Virus record (IMG/VR): IMGVR_UViG_3300031998_000027
Location: 1-64,000 of that record
Source: a virus
Lineage: Duplodnaviria; Caudoviricetes
Reading direction: 5' to 3' (one strand)
Length of the DNA stretch: 64,000 nt
The notes under the pieces were generated by a model. It was not told where the DNA came from. It worked only from the letters and a program-made list of their open reading frames with translations, and did not search any database. How positions within the stretch are numbered: the stretch's first letter is position 1; every line of letters starts with the position of its first letter. Made by a program: the position numbers and the translations under genes. Of this stretch, positions 1 through 10,317 are shown piece by piece.

Positions 1-3
1 ATT

Positions 4-195
4 TTGAGGGCGCGTTTTCCTTTTCTAAAGATTTTTTATATGCCCATGTCTGGCCACTATGTGGCAGGCGCGCAAAATACGTACTTCGACTGGACTGGAA
101 AAGTTACTCCTTCTGAGCCAGTCATACCTTTTGATACAATTAAAAAAGACGACCGTGAATGGTATTCGCGCCTTATTCGCGATTGTGTTATATAA
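4..195 (+). CDS. 3' part of hypothetical protein (probably starts before the window)
   Basis: Open frame from the window edge; TAA at 193-195 abuts the RNA gene. Confidence 0.45.
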   Translation: MRARFPFLKIFYMPMSGHYVAGAQNTYFDWTGKVTPSEPVIPFDTIKKDDREWYSRLIRDCVI

Positions 196-276
196 GGGGT
201 AGAGAAGAGTTTCGACTGCGGTTAAAGCCAAAGAGCACTCCGTAGGACGCGGGGGCGGTACCCGCCTACTTCACCA
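196..276 (+). ncRNA. tmRNA-like RNA consisting only of the tRNA-like domain (no tag reading frame)
   Basis: 5' GGGGTAG pairs with CTACTTC-A-CCA (G3.U70, A73, encoded CCA); stemless D-loop ending TTCGA; CTGCGG/CCGTAG stem; GGAC; T-arm GCGGG-GGCGGTA-CCCGC. Confidence 0.8.
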
Positions 277-327
277 AGGGTGATAGGACGCCCTAAAATT
301 TTTTGTTTTCAAAAGGAGGAAGGCAAA

Positions 328-630
328 ATGAAGTATTATTCAGACCTTACGAAAAAATTCTACGAAGACCCCTCTGAGTGCGAAAGTGCGGAGGAAGCCT
401 TCAAGGAAGAGCAGAAGAAGAAGGAAGAGGAGGCTCTTCAGAAATCTAACGCGCGCAAAGAGGCTGCAAAGAAGGTTGACGAAGCCTATAACAACCTCGT
501 TGCTGCGAAAAAGGAATATGAGAAGGTTCTTTCTGACTTCTGTAAGGAGTACGGAGCCTATCATACTTCCATTAATAAGGATAGTATCTCTGACTGGCTT
601 GATGCCTTTTGGAGCGGACTCTTTTTCTAA
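328..630 (+). CDS. hypothetical coiled-coil protein
   Basis: AAGGAGG SD before ATG 328; K/E-rich helical sequence. Confidence 0.75.
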   Translation: MKYYSDLTKKFYEDPSECESAEEAFKEEQKKKEEEALQKSNARKEAAKKVDEAYNNLVAAKKEYEKVLSDFCKEYGAYHTSINKDSISDWLDAFWSGLFF

Positions 631-640
631 TTTAAAAGGA

Positions 641-680
641 GAAAGCTCTCACTTTACTATAGTGAGGGCTTTCTTTTTTT
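641..680 (+). terminator. intrinsic terminator
   Basis: GAAAGCTCTCACT/AGTGAGGGCTTTC stem followed by a T-run. Confidence 0.7.
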
Positions 681-718
681 ACTTTTAAATAGCTTCTTAG
701 TAGCAAAGGAGGTACCGA

Positions 719-1336
719 ATGGAAAATGCTTATTTCATTAGTGTTCCAGAAGATGCGAATTTACAACTTCCAAGTCCAGAACTTTTAACCTATTACAAAG
801 GTTTAAAAGATAGAGAGTTTTGGCTTGAAGGAGAAATTTCAGAAGAAAATTTAGAACTCGCGCGACTTATTCTGCGCTGGAACAAAGAAGATGCAAAATT
901 AGAGCCTGCTGACCGCAAACCTATTAAAATTTATTTCAACAGTCCAGGTGGCGCACTTGATGTTGCGTATACACTCTATGATATAATTAGAATTAGTAAA
1001 ACACCTGTAATTGGAATAAATGTAGGATATTGCGCGAGCGCGGCCGCTTATATCTTTATTGCTTGTCATCAAAGGAGAATGAGTAAGCACGCCTATTTCA
1101 TCTTCCACCAGGGTTCTATGGCAGGACTTAGTGGAGAATATAAACAAATTATTGCATCGATAGAAGATTATCAATCACAAGTAGAAGAACTCTCTGCTTT
1201 AATAAAAGAAAGAACTCTTTATACTGATGAAGAAATTGCCAAAAATATTATAAATGAATGGTATATTCATCAAGAAGAAGCTTTAGAAAAAGGCGTTGTT
1301 CAATCTGTTATTAATGGCATTGAGGAGGTTCTTTGA
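719..1336 (+). CDS. clpP: ClpP-like serine protease (S14)
   Basis: KPIKIYFNSPGG, CASAAA nucleophile motif, FIFHQ. Confidence 0.85.
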   Translation: MENAYFISVPEDANLQLPSPELLTYYKGLKDREFWLEGEISEENLELARLILRWNKEDAKLEPADRKPIKIYFNSPGGALDVAYTLYDIIRISKTPVIGINVGYCASAAAYIFIACHQRRMSKHAYFIFHQGSMAGLSGEYKQIIASIEDYQSQVEELSALIKERTLYTDEEIAKNIINEWYIHQEEALEKGVVQSVINGIEEVL

Positions 1337-2160
1337 TTTTGGACGAAAAAGGATATAAAGAAATTACTCTAAGCGATGAAGAACTTGGGCAATTCTATGT
1401 TGAAATGCGCTCACCCATTGAAATTTTAGAAAATCAATATTTAGTTATAAAAGACAAAGATGGAATTGTAATTGATAAATATAAATTTCAAAATGGTGAA
1501 CTTAAAAAAGTTAATTTCCAAATTATAAATTCTACTTATATGGGCAAGATAAAGCCGAAGAATTTTGAGCAAGAGTTGGCGCTTGACCTCTTAAATAGTA
1601 AAGATGTAACTGTAAAACTTATAAGAGGCTGCTATGGTTCAGGTAAAGACTTCTTAATGTTTGGAAAAGCTTTAGAATTAATAGATGCCGGCGCCTTCAA
1701 AAAAATTATATATATTAGACCTAATGTTACTCTTAAAGATGTGCCAGATATTGGTTATTTAAGAGGAAATGAATTTGATAAGTTATCTTGGACGCTTGGC
1801 CCATTATATGATAAGGTTGGTGGGAAAGAAGAAATTGACCGCTTAATTGAAGAAGAAAGACTTGAATTAATGCCACTTCTTTTTATTAGAGGTCGTTCTT
1901 TTGAAAGTTCTATTGTCTATGTAACTGAAGGTCAAAATATTACAAATGAAATTGCAAAATTACTTCTTGGAAGAATTGGTCAAGATTCAATTCTAATGAT
2001 AAATGCAGATAACCATCAAACTGACTCGCGCATTTATGAAAAAGATAATGGAATTGTCTCAATGATTGAGAAGCTTAGTGGTAATCCTCTTTTTGGTTAT
2101 GTTTATTTAAGTCAGACCTTGAGGAGCGATACTGCAAACCTGGCCAATCTTTTGGATTAA
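1333..2160 (+). CDS. phoH: PhoH-family ATPase
   Basis: GCYGSGKD P-loop, IGYLRG, FIRGRSF, TEGQN, LGRIG. Confidence 0.8.
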   Translation: MILDEKGYKEITLSDEELGQFYVEMRSPIEILENQYLVIKDKDGIVIDKYKFQNGELKKVNFQIINSTYMGKIKPKNFEQELALDLLNSKDVTVKLIRGCYGSGKDFLMFGKALELIDAGAFKKIIYIRPNVTLKDVPDIGYLRGNEFDKLSWTLGPLYDKVGGKEEIDRLIEEERLELMPLLFIRGRSFESSIVYVTEGQNITNEIAKLLLGRIGQDSILMINADNHQTDSRIYEKDNGIVSMIEKLSGNPLFGYVYLSQTLRSDTANLANLLD

Positions 2161-2266
2161 TTTTGCCAGCGGCATTGCTGCTGTTTATATATACCGTAGG
2201 ACTTTTCTATTTTAATGGAGAAGTCCTACATTTTTTTTACTTTTTATAAAGAAGGTGGTGAGGTAT

Positions 2267-3886
2267 ATGCCAGCAATTAGAAGAAGACATGATACTCTTG
2301 GTCAGCTCTTCGTTTATTATGAGAGATTAGATACGGATAATGATGGAATAAATAGACCTTTATATCTTGCTGCAAAAAATGCTTTTTCTGCGGTAAGTAC
2401 TGAAATTGGTGATATTATACAAACTGCAAGTGTTATTCGAAAAATTGGTGAGGCAGAAAGGCAAAAAGAAGAGAATTTATTAAATACAATCTTTAATGCC
2501 AATGTTAATGTTGACCTTGATGATAAAGATAGTGTTAAAGAATTTATAAGTACCCTTAATGCTTGTATAGGGTTAAAGGAAGTTTATGAACGAAATGTAT
2601 TTTTAGTTCAGAATTCTAAAGGTCAAAAGAGTGTTATTAGTTTTTTCCCTACTTATTTTATGATGATTTGGGATGAGCGAGTGCCAGCAATTGAAGAAAC
2701 TATTAATTCTGCGATAGAACATATGAACCCAGGTGAAAATATTTTAGATATTATTCAACAAATATTAGAGCCGGCTTTAGAATCTATAGTCCCTGCTGCG
2801 ATTGAAAGAATGTTCCATGCAAGACCAGAACTTCGTAATCAAATGCCTCCAGAAATGCAAGATGCTTATTCTTCTTTATTAAATATGATTGGAACTGTTC
2901 AACAACAAGGAAGTTTAGCAAATCAACTTTCTAATATATATAAATTAGATGATATAAAGCAATTTTTAACAAATGAAATAGCTAATAAAAATCAATTTTC
3001 TTATAAAGGATTAGACGGATTAGTTAAGAAAAATTTTCATCAAAGAGGCGGCTTATCTTTAGAAGCAATAGAGAATACTGTTTTAAAAACTGTTGCCAAT
3101 GGTTTAAAAAATACTAATCCAAATATGAAAGTAGAAGTTTATGCAACTGGTGCAAGCGAAGTAAAAGCAGATAATATTCTTACTATTGGTATTGACCCAG
3201 AATTAATGGCAGAAACATTAGAAACTAATTTAGCTATTAGTAGAAAGAGAAATACTGATATGTTTAAAAAACTTGGTAATGATTTAAAAAATATTAAAAA
3301 TGGATATATAATATATAGCTCAGATAAAAACTACACTTATAATGAAGGGTTTAAAAGCCGTGGTGGTTTTCAAGGAGACAAAATTAGTTTAGATAGTTAT
3401 CGACAAATAATGAATTATACCAATAGAAATGCAAGAACTTTTGTTGGTACTATACTTCAAACCGCAAAAGGCGCAGTGGGAGACCCTTCTTTACAGGATA
3501 CCATGGAACAGGCCTTAGCACAAGATATTGCCTATTTTCTTTTTGATGATTTTAAAACAATAGGTGATGAAACTAAAGCTGGAGATACAAAGTCAATTCA
3601 TATTATGAATTTAAATGGAATTTTAATACCTCTTTCTTTCTTTTTAATATTATTTGCACGAGCTATAGAAGAAGAAATAGGTAATCCAGAGGATTTTGTA
3701 AAAGTAAATTTAAGTATTCCAGAAATTTTATTCCCCACTCAAGAAGAACAGTCAGAATGGCAAGAACAAAATGGCGCGAGCAGTTTTGATGCTTGGGTTT
3801 ATCAACGTGAATATGCTTTAGCTCAATCAAAAATTGAAGTACATTTCTTAAAAGAATTTAAGGAAATTATCTCTGAATATTTATAA
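2267..3886 (+). CDS. hypothetical protein (~540 aa)
   Basis: Long ORF with GGTGGTGAGG SD; no motif recognised. Confidence 0.8.
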   Translation: MPAIRRRHDTLGQLFVYYERLDTDNDGINRPLYLAAKNAFSAVSTEIGDIIQTASVIRKIGEAERQKEENLLNTIFNANVNVDLDDKDSVKEFISTLNACIGLKEVYERNVFLVQNSKGQKSVISFFPTYFMMIWDERVPAIEETINSAIEHMNPGENILDIIQQILEPALESIVPAAIERMFHARPELRNQMPPEMQDAYSSLLNMIGTVQQQGSLANQLSNIYKLDDIKQFLTNEIANKNQFSYKGLDGLVKKNFHQRGGLSLEAIENTVLKTVANGLKNTNPNMKVEVYATGASEVKADNILTIGIDPELMAETLETNLAISRKRNTDMFKKLGNDLKNIKNGYIIYSSDKNYTYNEGFKSRGGFQGDKISLDSYRQIMNYTNRNARTFVGTILQTAKGAVGDPSLQDTMEQALAQDIAYFLFDDFKTIGDETKAGDTKSIHIMNLNGILIPLSFFLILFARAIEEEIGNPEDFVKVNLSIPEILFPTQEEQSEWQEQNGASSFDAWVYQREYALAQSKIEVHFLKEFKEIISEYL

Positions 3887-3887
3887 T

Positions 3888-3916
3888 TTGACTTCTTTCC
3901 AAATTTGTGTTATAAT
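3888..3916 (+). promoter_or_regulatory. sigma-A-type promoter
   Basis: TTGACT-17-TATAAT with extended TG. Confidence 0.65.
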
Positions 3917-4069
3917 AAAATTAAGGAAATAAAAGAAAGGAGTCTTTTCAAATTCACTAATTGCCCATCTCTCTTAACTTTATATACTTAAAATCAAAGA
4001 TTTCTACTTATTTTTAGTGGATAAATTGGGATAAAAGGAGTCTTTAGTTTTAAGTCAAAGGAACGTTTG

Positions 4070-4102
4070 GAGAAGACTCTTTTTAGAGTCTTCTCTTTTT
4101 TT
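4070..4102 (+). terminator. intrinsic terminator
   Basis: GAGAAGACTCT/AGAGTCTTCTC perfect stem plus T-run. Confidence 0.75.
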
Positions 4103-4135
4103 ATTCACAAATCTTTCAAAAAGGGAGATGAATAA

Positions 4136-5266
4136 ATGGCTATTATTGTTCCTGCCGTTTCTGGCAAAATTATACACATAGGGCGCGCAGGAGAAAATCT
4201 TGCGACAACGGTTGCATTTGATGTAAACCAATGGTTAGAAGAATTTGGTACAGAAGGTACTTTTACACTTTTTGTTCAGCAAAATGGCGTTGGATATTAT
4301 GTGCAAGATATAGTACACACAAGTGGCGCGCAAGTTGAAACAGATGGTGGAATCGTACAATGGAATGTCGTTAATAGTAATACGATAAATGCGGGATTAG
4401 GTAAGTGTGAGTTAGCTTATGCTCAAGAATCTTCAACAGCTTTAAAGCCACTAATTGAAGGTTACGCAATTTCAACTAATTCAGTTATTAACTTTTATAA
4501 AGATTTAGCGGGAACTGAATTAATTGAACCAAATGAACTTTATAGATATAAAGATTTAACTCAAGATGCTAATCCATTATACTATTATTTTGATGGGATG
4601 CAATATATTGGTACTACAGAAGATGGCCCCGGCACGCATCAATCAATAGTTGTTAAATCAATTATCTTTGATATTGTTGTTACGAATTCACTTGATAGCG
4701 AGGCTGCTGGAGAAGTACCCGCGCCAATTGAAAGTTGGCTTAATCGTGTTTCAATTTTAACAGATAAAATTGAAAATGCTTCAGATTATGCAGTCCGCGC
4801 CGAAACGGCAATGACTTCTGCCGAAGCTAGCGCGACTGCCGCGAGTGGTTCACAAACTGCGGCGGCTGGAAGCGCGACTTTAGCACAACAATGGGCGATT
4901 GGCCCAAATGGGACGCCGGGGACGCCAACAGATCAACATAATGCTAAATATTACGCGACTTTAATACAAAGTTTACATGCTGGCACAGTATCAACTTTAG
5001 GGCCTGGCGCCTCAGCGACTGCTTCTGTCACACAAGGTCAGAACAATGATTTAGTATTAAATTTAGGTATCCCAAAAGGAGATGGGCTTCATGTGTCTGG
5101 AAGTGCAACCACGCCAGCTGGGTTACCTGCTGCATCCTCTCATGAGAAGGAAGTTTATTTAGTTGGCTCTGAACCGGGGTACTATTATTATTCAGACGGG
5201 ACAGATTGGATTAATTGCGGTCCAGTCGGCGGACTTGGTGGAACACTTTACACCTGGACGGTTTAA
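4136..5266 (+). CDS. baseplate/tail-fibre-associated protein (BppU-like N-terminus)
   Basis: IGRAGEN..VAFDV..W and WNV...GLGKCEL N-terminal pattern; Ala/Ser/Thr-rich stalk; heads the fibre cluster. Confidence 0.6.
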   Translation: MAIIVPAVSGKIIHIGRAGENLATTVAFDVNQWLEEFGTEGTFTLFVQQNGVGYYVQDIVHTSGAQVETDGGIVQWNVVNSNTINAGLGKCELAYAQESSTALKPLIEGYAISTNSVINFYKDLAGTELIEPNELYRYKDLTQDANPLYYYFDGMQYIGTTEDGPGTHQSIVVKSIIFDIVVTNSLDSEAAGEVPAPIESWLNRVSILTDKIENASDYAVRAETAMTSAEASATAASGSQTAAAGSATLAQQWAIGPNGTPGTPTDQHNAKYYATLIQSLHAGTVSTLGPGASATASVTQGQNNDLVLNLGIPKGDGLHVSGSATTPAGLPAASSHEKEVYLVGSEPGYYYYSDGTDWINCGPVGGLGGTLYTWTV

Positions 5267-5278
5267 GGAGGGTGAAAA

Positions 5279-5896
5279 ATGAGACTTAAAAATAGAAAAA
5301 GATATTTCACCCAATGGGATAGAGGGCAAAGAATTATTGTAGATGAATGTCCACCAGAAACTTATATTCACTTTTCTAATACTAGGTCTGAGCAAGCTTA
5401 TGTTGTTCAAACTGATAGTAATTTAGAGGCTGAGGTTCCTGATGTTCTTCTTCAAGAACCATATCCAATTACTGCTTGGATTTATCGTGTTGAAGGAGAA
5501 ATGAGATATACAGAGAATCGACGCGAATTTCAAGTTATTAAGAGGGCGCGCCCCGAAGATTATATTTGGAGCGATGATGATAGGAAATATTGGGATTCTA
5601 AGGTTGATAAAGAATGGGGCACACAATATGCGGGCAAGTTCTTATCGATTGGCGCGGATGGATTTGTTACTGTTTCTGATATTACAGATGTAACTGTTTC
5701 TGATAAGTTCTTTATTTTTGAGCAAGCTGTTGCTTCAAATAGATGGACTGTCAATCATAATTTAGACAAATATCCTTCGGTAACCGTGGTAGATAGCGCG
5801 GGGACAATTATTATTGGCGAAGTTGCTTATCTGTCACGGAATGATTTAAGAATCACTTTCCAGTCTGCTTTCTCTGGAAAGGCATATATGAATTAA
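5279..5896 (+). CDS. tail-associated structural protein
   Basis: FTQWDRGQ..IHFSN N-terminus; C-terminal WTVNHNLDKYPSVTVVD motif typical of phage tail proteins. Confidence 0.6.
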   Translation: MRLKNRKRYFTQWDRGQRIIVDECPPETYIHFSNTRSEQAYVVQTDSNLEAEVPDVLLQEPYPITAWIYRVEGEMRYTENRREFQVIKRARPEDYIWSDDDRKYWDSKVDKEWGTQYAGKFLSIGADGFVTVSDITDVTVSDKFFIFEQAVASNRWTVNHNLDKYPSVTVVDSAGTIIIGEVAYLSRNDLRITFQSAFSGKAYMN

Positions 5897-5909
5897 AGGA
5901 GGCTGTTAA

Positions 5910-8582
5910 ATGCAATTCTTAACGAATTTAGATTTAAGTAAAAATGAACTGCAAAATGCAGTTATACAAAATTTATCAGCTGCGCCAAGTAATCCAAGAG
6001 TTGGTCAGATTTATTATAATACAACAGACCAAATGACATATCAATGGAAGAGGACTTCTGCAGATGGTGTTACACCTGAAACTTATGCTTGGAAAGCTAT
6101 TGGCGGTGTTACGGCTGGTGATGGCTTAACTAATACAGATGATACTTTATCAGTAACAACTGGGAATGGTATTGAATTAACTGGTACGAGTCCAAATAAG
6201 GCTGTCGCAGTTAAGGCTTATGATGGTATTGCTGTTAGTAGTAATGGTGTTGCAGTTGATGTAGGTAATGGTTTACAATTAACTGGAACCAGTCCTAATA
6301 AAAAGGTAGCAGCAAAAGGTTATAACGGTATTAGTGTTGATTCTAATGGTATTAATGCTGATATTGATACAACGGCAGGTATGATTTTTACTGGTTCTAC
6401 CGCCGGTAGTAAAAAAATTGGAATTAACACTGACAGTACATTAGAGTTCAGTAATGGCGCTTTAAAAGTTAAAGTTCCAACAGATAACAATTTTACGACT
6501 GGTTTAAAGGAAAAATTAGAAGATATTGAGGCTGGCGCAGAAGTTAATACAATTGAAACGGTTAAAGTTAATGGAACTGCGTTGACTCCAGATGCTAATC
6601 GAGCGGTAGATGTTCCTACAATTCATACAGCAACTTTTGCTGATGATAGCACGAATACCGCGGCATCCCCCGTTAAATTAACTTTAACTGAGGGTTCAAA
6701 TAACGACACAATTACTGCCAACATTCCGAAAGTTGGCGCAGATAATGCTGGTGTATTACCAAAGGTTACTGGTAATACTAATTCTACAAAAATAGTCTCT
6801 ACTGATTACGTTTGGGATGCAACACAAGGTGATTATCGTCAATTACCCGCCGGCGCATTTAAGACCGGTACTGTTACTAGTGTCACAATTAATGCTACTG
6901 CCCCAGTTGTAAGCAGTTCTTCTTCTGCAATAACATCTAGCGGTACAAGAACAATTAGTTTAGCAGATGGTTATGGTGATACTAAAAACCCTTATGCGGT
7001 AAAAGCAGCCAATACTGTTTTAGCGGGACCTGCCTCTGGCGCCGATGCTGTACCTACTTTCCGTGCTTTAACTGTAGATGATATTTCAGACATTAGTGAT
7101 GATTATTTAGCTAAATCTGGTGGCACAATGTCCGGCGCCATCAATATGGGTAGTAATAAGATTACCTCTCTTGGCGCACCAACAGCAGATACAGATGCTG
7201 CTACAAAGAAATATGTTGATGATGCAATAACAAATCTGCCAGAGCCAATGATTTTCAAAGGTACTCTTGGTACTGGTGGTACGATTACTTCTCTTCCTAC
7301 TGCGGCCGCTAGTAATGAAGGCTGGACCTATAAGGTTATAACTGCTGGCACTTATAATAACCAAGCAGCAAAGGTCGGTGACCTTTTCATTTGTCGCAAT
7401 GTATCTGGTTCATTATATGAATGGACTTATGTGCCTTCTGGCGATGAGCCGAGTGGTACTGTTACTAATATAGCAACTGGCGCGGAATTAACTGGTGGCC
7501 CAATTACTTCTACTGGAACAATTGCTCACGCCACTTCAGGAGTTACGGCAGGAACCTATCCAAAAGTAACAGTTAATCAATATGGCCACGTAACTGCGGG
7601 GAGTAGCCTTGGTACCTCTGATATTCCCGATTTAAGTGGTACTTATGTTACTTTGACTGGAGATCAATATATTTCTGGTATAAAGACTTTCCAAAGTAGT
7701 ATCTGTATGGATACTCAGCCCATTATTCTTATGCATGGTGAGGATAGTTATTATTATACTAATGTTGAATTACAAAATATACAAGGTAATTTACGAGTTT
7801 GTAATTATAATGGGATGATGGCGACAGATGTTGTGATAACAGGTGTTGCTGAACCCCAAAACAATAATGATGCTGTTAATAAAGAGTATGTTGACCCATT
7901 TTTAGTTGGTTCTGCTGCTTTTGCTGATGACACTACAAATAATGCAAGTAGTCCAGTTAAATTAACTCTTTTTAATGGAAAACTTTGGGACGAAGAACAA
8001 GGAACTGCTGCTGTAGTTGCTACCGCAAATATCCCTAAAGTTTCTTCCTCTTCTGCTGGTGTACTTCCTAAATTCGTAAGCGGCGCGCAGTCTTCCACAA
8101 AGATAGCTGCAACTGACTATTTATGGGATGCCACGCAAGGTGATTATAGACAACTTCCATTAGGTGATTATGTAAAGGCAGACGGCACCGTCGCAATGAC
8201 CGGCGCCCTCAATATGAACAGTCATAAAGTTACTAATGTAACTGACCCAACTTCTGCCCAAGATGCAGCTACAAAGAACTATGTTGATACTGCAATTAGT
8301 GAAGTAACTGGTGGTTCGGTTAAAAAGAGAGTCGCTAATAACCCTGCATTAACTGCTTCGGGTGGTGTCTTTACTTGGACAATTGCTGCTGGAACTAGCT
8401 CATCACAAGCTCCACAAACCCCAGATGTGTCAGTCATGGTTTATGAGAATGGAACACCTAATAAACAAGTAATTCCAGAAATTGAAGTTGCTTCTACTGG
8501 TGCTGTTACAATTAAAATAAATGATACAAATGATACTGGCACATTAGCTGCTAGTACTTATCGTGCAGTTATGATAGCTTAA
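5910..8582 (+). CDS. tail fibre protein (890 aa)
   Basis: G/T/S-rich; repeated KIT..L..P....DAATK.YVD trimeric-fibre motifs; internal ~70-aa duplication. Confidence 0.75.
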   Translation: MQFLTNLDLSKNELQNAVIQNLSAAPSNPRVGQIYYNTTDQMTYQWKRTSADGVTPETYAWKAIGGVTAGDGLTNTDDTLSVTTGNGIELTGTSPNKAVAVKAYDGIAVSSNGVAVDVGNGLQLTGTSPNKKVAAKGYNGISVDSNGINADIDTTAGMIFTGSTAGSKKIGINTDSTLEFSNGALKVKVPTDNNFTTGLKEKLEDIEAGAEVNTIETVKVNGTALTPDANRAVDVPTIHTATFADDSTNTAASPVKLTLTEGSNNDTITANIPKVGADNAGVLPKVTGNTNSTKIVSTDYVWDATQGDYRQLPAGAFKTGTVTSVTINATAPVVSSSSSAITSSGTRTISLADGYGDTKNPYAVKAANTVLAGPASGADAVPTFRALTVDDISDISDDYLAKSGGTMSGAINMGSNKITSLGAPTADTDAATKKYVDDAITNLPEPMIFKGTLGTGGTITSLPTAAASNEGWTYKVITAGTYNNQAAKVGDLFICRNVSGSLYEWTYVPSGDEPSGTVTNIATGAELTGGPITSTGTIAHATSGVTAGTYPKVTVNQYGHVTAGSSLGTSDIPDLSGTYVTLTGDQYISGIKTFQSSICMDTQPIILMHGEDSYYYTNVELQNIQGNLRVCNYNGMMATDVVITGVAEPQNNNDAVNKEYVDPFLVGSAAFADDTTNNASSPVKLTLFNGKLWDEEQGTAAVVATANIPKVSSSSAGVLPKFVSGAQSSTKIAATDYLWDATQGDYRQLPLGDYVKADGTVAMTGALNMNSHKVTNVTDPTSAQDAATKNYVDTAISEVTGGSVKKRVANNPALTASGGVFTWTIAAGTSSSQAPQTPDVSVMVYENGTPNKQVIPEIEVASTGAVTIKINDTNDTGTLAASTYRAVMIA

Positions 8583-8597
8583 AAAGGAGGAAAATAA

Positions 8598-10298
8598 ATG
8601 GCCTCTTCAACAAGTGAAACTCTTCAAAATATAAAAGTACATAAGGTTCCAAACTTTGACGTTTGGGAAGACCAATATGGACAAACCAATGGGATTGGGA
8701 CGGATGACATAGTTGTCATCCCTCCCACCCAATTAGACCAACACATGATGACATTAGTGCCCGCGCCAGGTACATCTAATCCTGCAATGGATGGGACTGC
8801 AAGTCCTGGCGCGAGTTCAACTAAGACTTTTTCGAAGTCTGATCACGTTCACCCTACGGACACAAGCCGCGCGCCGACTAATCATGCGAGTTCTGCAACA
8901 ACCTATGGAGTGGGGAATAGTAGCAATTATGGACACTTAAAGTTATCAGACTCAACTAGCTCAACAGATGGAACTAGTAATGGCACTGCGGCGACGCCGA
9001 GCGCAGTTAAGGCGGCTTATGATTTGGCGAATGGGAAACAAGATATAGACCCAATTGGGACAATTAAACAAACCATAAGAACTGATTTAGAAAATAATTG
9101 GCATTTATGTGATGGTAGTAAGTTTAACCCAACTACTTATCCAGAGATTGCTACAATTTTAGGAAGAAGTTGGAAATGTTCTAGTAGGCAATCTCCAGTA
9201 TATACAACTTATCCACAAGCAAACCCTCAAATGTTATATAATGGTTGGTATTGGTTTTATGATACTACTAATTCCCAACATTGTTTTACAGATGAAAATT
9301 TCCAAACAGTTTCTAAAATAATTCCTTATTCCGTTATAACAAGTAATATTCCTAGTGGTTCTACTGGAGTAGATTCTTTAATTGGAGCAGAAATTGTCGA
9401 CGATAAAATTTTTATTGCTTATGAAGACCAAACCCAAAATGGCTATTATACTAATTATTTTATTATATATGTTTTTAATTTAAGTAATACTACTTTAGTT
9501 TCTGGATATCCAAAAAGAATTCTTTGTAGCGCAGATGATACTGAATATAATAGTTTTAGATATACTGGGAACTTTTTTTATTTTTTAGATCATTATAGAA
9601 ATGGTAATACAAAATGGAAAAAAGTTTGTTTATGGGATTTTAATAATCCTGATGTAGGCAATTCTTTAACGTTATATGATTATGATACTTATTCTTTTAG
9701 TGTTGTAGAAAATACTTTATTTTCAGTGCAATATTATAGTGATAGCTCTATTTATATTAGTGAATTAACAAAAACTGGGGCAAATACATATTCATGGTCA
9801 TCACGGGCTAGTAACGTTGCATATAATTATGTAGGTAGTGCAAGAACTTTTGATAATGATTATTATTATAAAATTAATAATAATAGTATTTGGTTAGTAC
9901 CAAAAACAGGAACTATAAGTGATAGTAATGTTTTATCTTATTCTATACCTAATAATGGGGGAATTTCTTATTTAATTCAAAGTGCTATCCCATCTTATGA
10001 TGGAAGTATCTTACAAATTATAGCTTATACATCTGAAAATAGTTCTTCTGTAACACCAAGACAGATATATAAAACTTCTTTTTCTGTTGCCGATAAAACA
10101 TTTGACAAACTTGAATATTTAGGTTTTAGTTTTGAACCAAGTAATCAAATGTATCCAAGTAGTTTTACCCCTAGATATTTTCCAAATTCTAGAATTATTT
10201 ATTATGGTAGTTATAATATACGTGACTATTTATTACCATATATTCAAGAATCTGAATGCAAAACTTATATAAAAATAGCAGAAAATCCTACTACTTAA
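8598..10298 (+). CDS. tail fibre with collar domain and aromatic-rich C-terminal receptor-binding region
   Basis: YGHLKLSD..AATPSAVKAAYD fibre repeat; PIGTI..WHLCDGS...YPEIATILG collar motif. Confidence 0.75.
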   Translation: MASSTSETLQNIKVHKVPNFDVWEDQYGQTNGIGTDDIVVIPPTQLDQHMMTLVPAPGTSNPAMDGTASPGASSTKTFSKSDHVHPTDTSRAPTNHASSATTYGVGNSSNYGHLKLSDSTSSTDGTSNGTAATPSAVKAAYDLANGKQDIDPIGTIKQTIRTDLENNWHLCDGSKFNPTTYPEIATILGRSWKCSSRQSPVYTTYPQANPQMLYNGWYWFYDTTNSQHCFTDENFQTVSKIIPYSVITSNIPSGSTGVDSLIGAEIVDDKIFIAYEDQTQNGYYTNYFIIYVFNLSNTTLVSGYPKRILCSADDTEYNSFRYTGNFFYFLDHYRNGNTKWKKVCLWDFNNPDVGNSLTLYDYDTYSFSVVENTLFSVQYYSDSSIYISELTKTGANTYSWSSRASNVAYNYVGSARTFDNDYYYKINNNSIWLVPKTGTISDSNVLSYSIPNNGGISYLIQSAIPSYDGSILQIIAYTSENSSSVTPRQIYKTSFSVADKTFDKLEYLGFSFEPSNQMYPSSFTPRYFPNSRIIYYGSYNIRDYLLPYIQESECKTYIKIAENPTT

Positions 10299-10317
10299 TC
10301 CAAAAAGGAGGCTATAA

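Noticed and set aside
196-276. Ordinary tRNA, or an attP fragment of host ssrA
   Set aside because: No D-stem or 7-nt anticodon loop; both 5' and 3' tmRNA ends are present and mutually paired, unlike a one-ended att fragment
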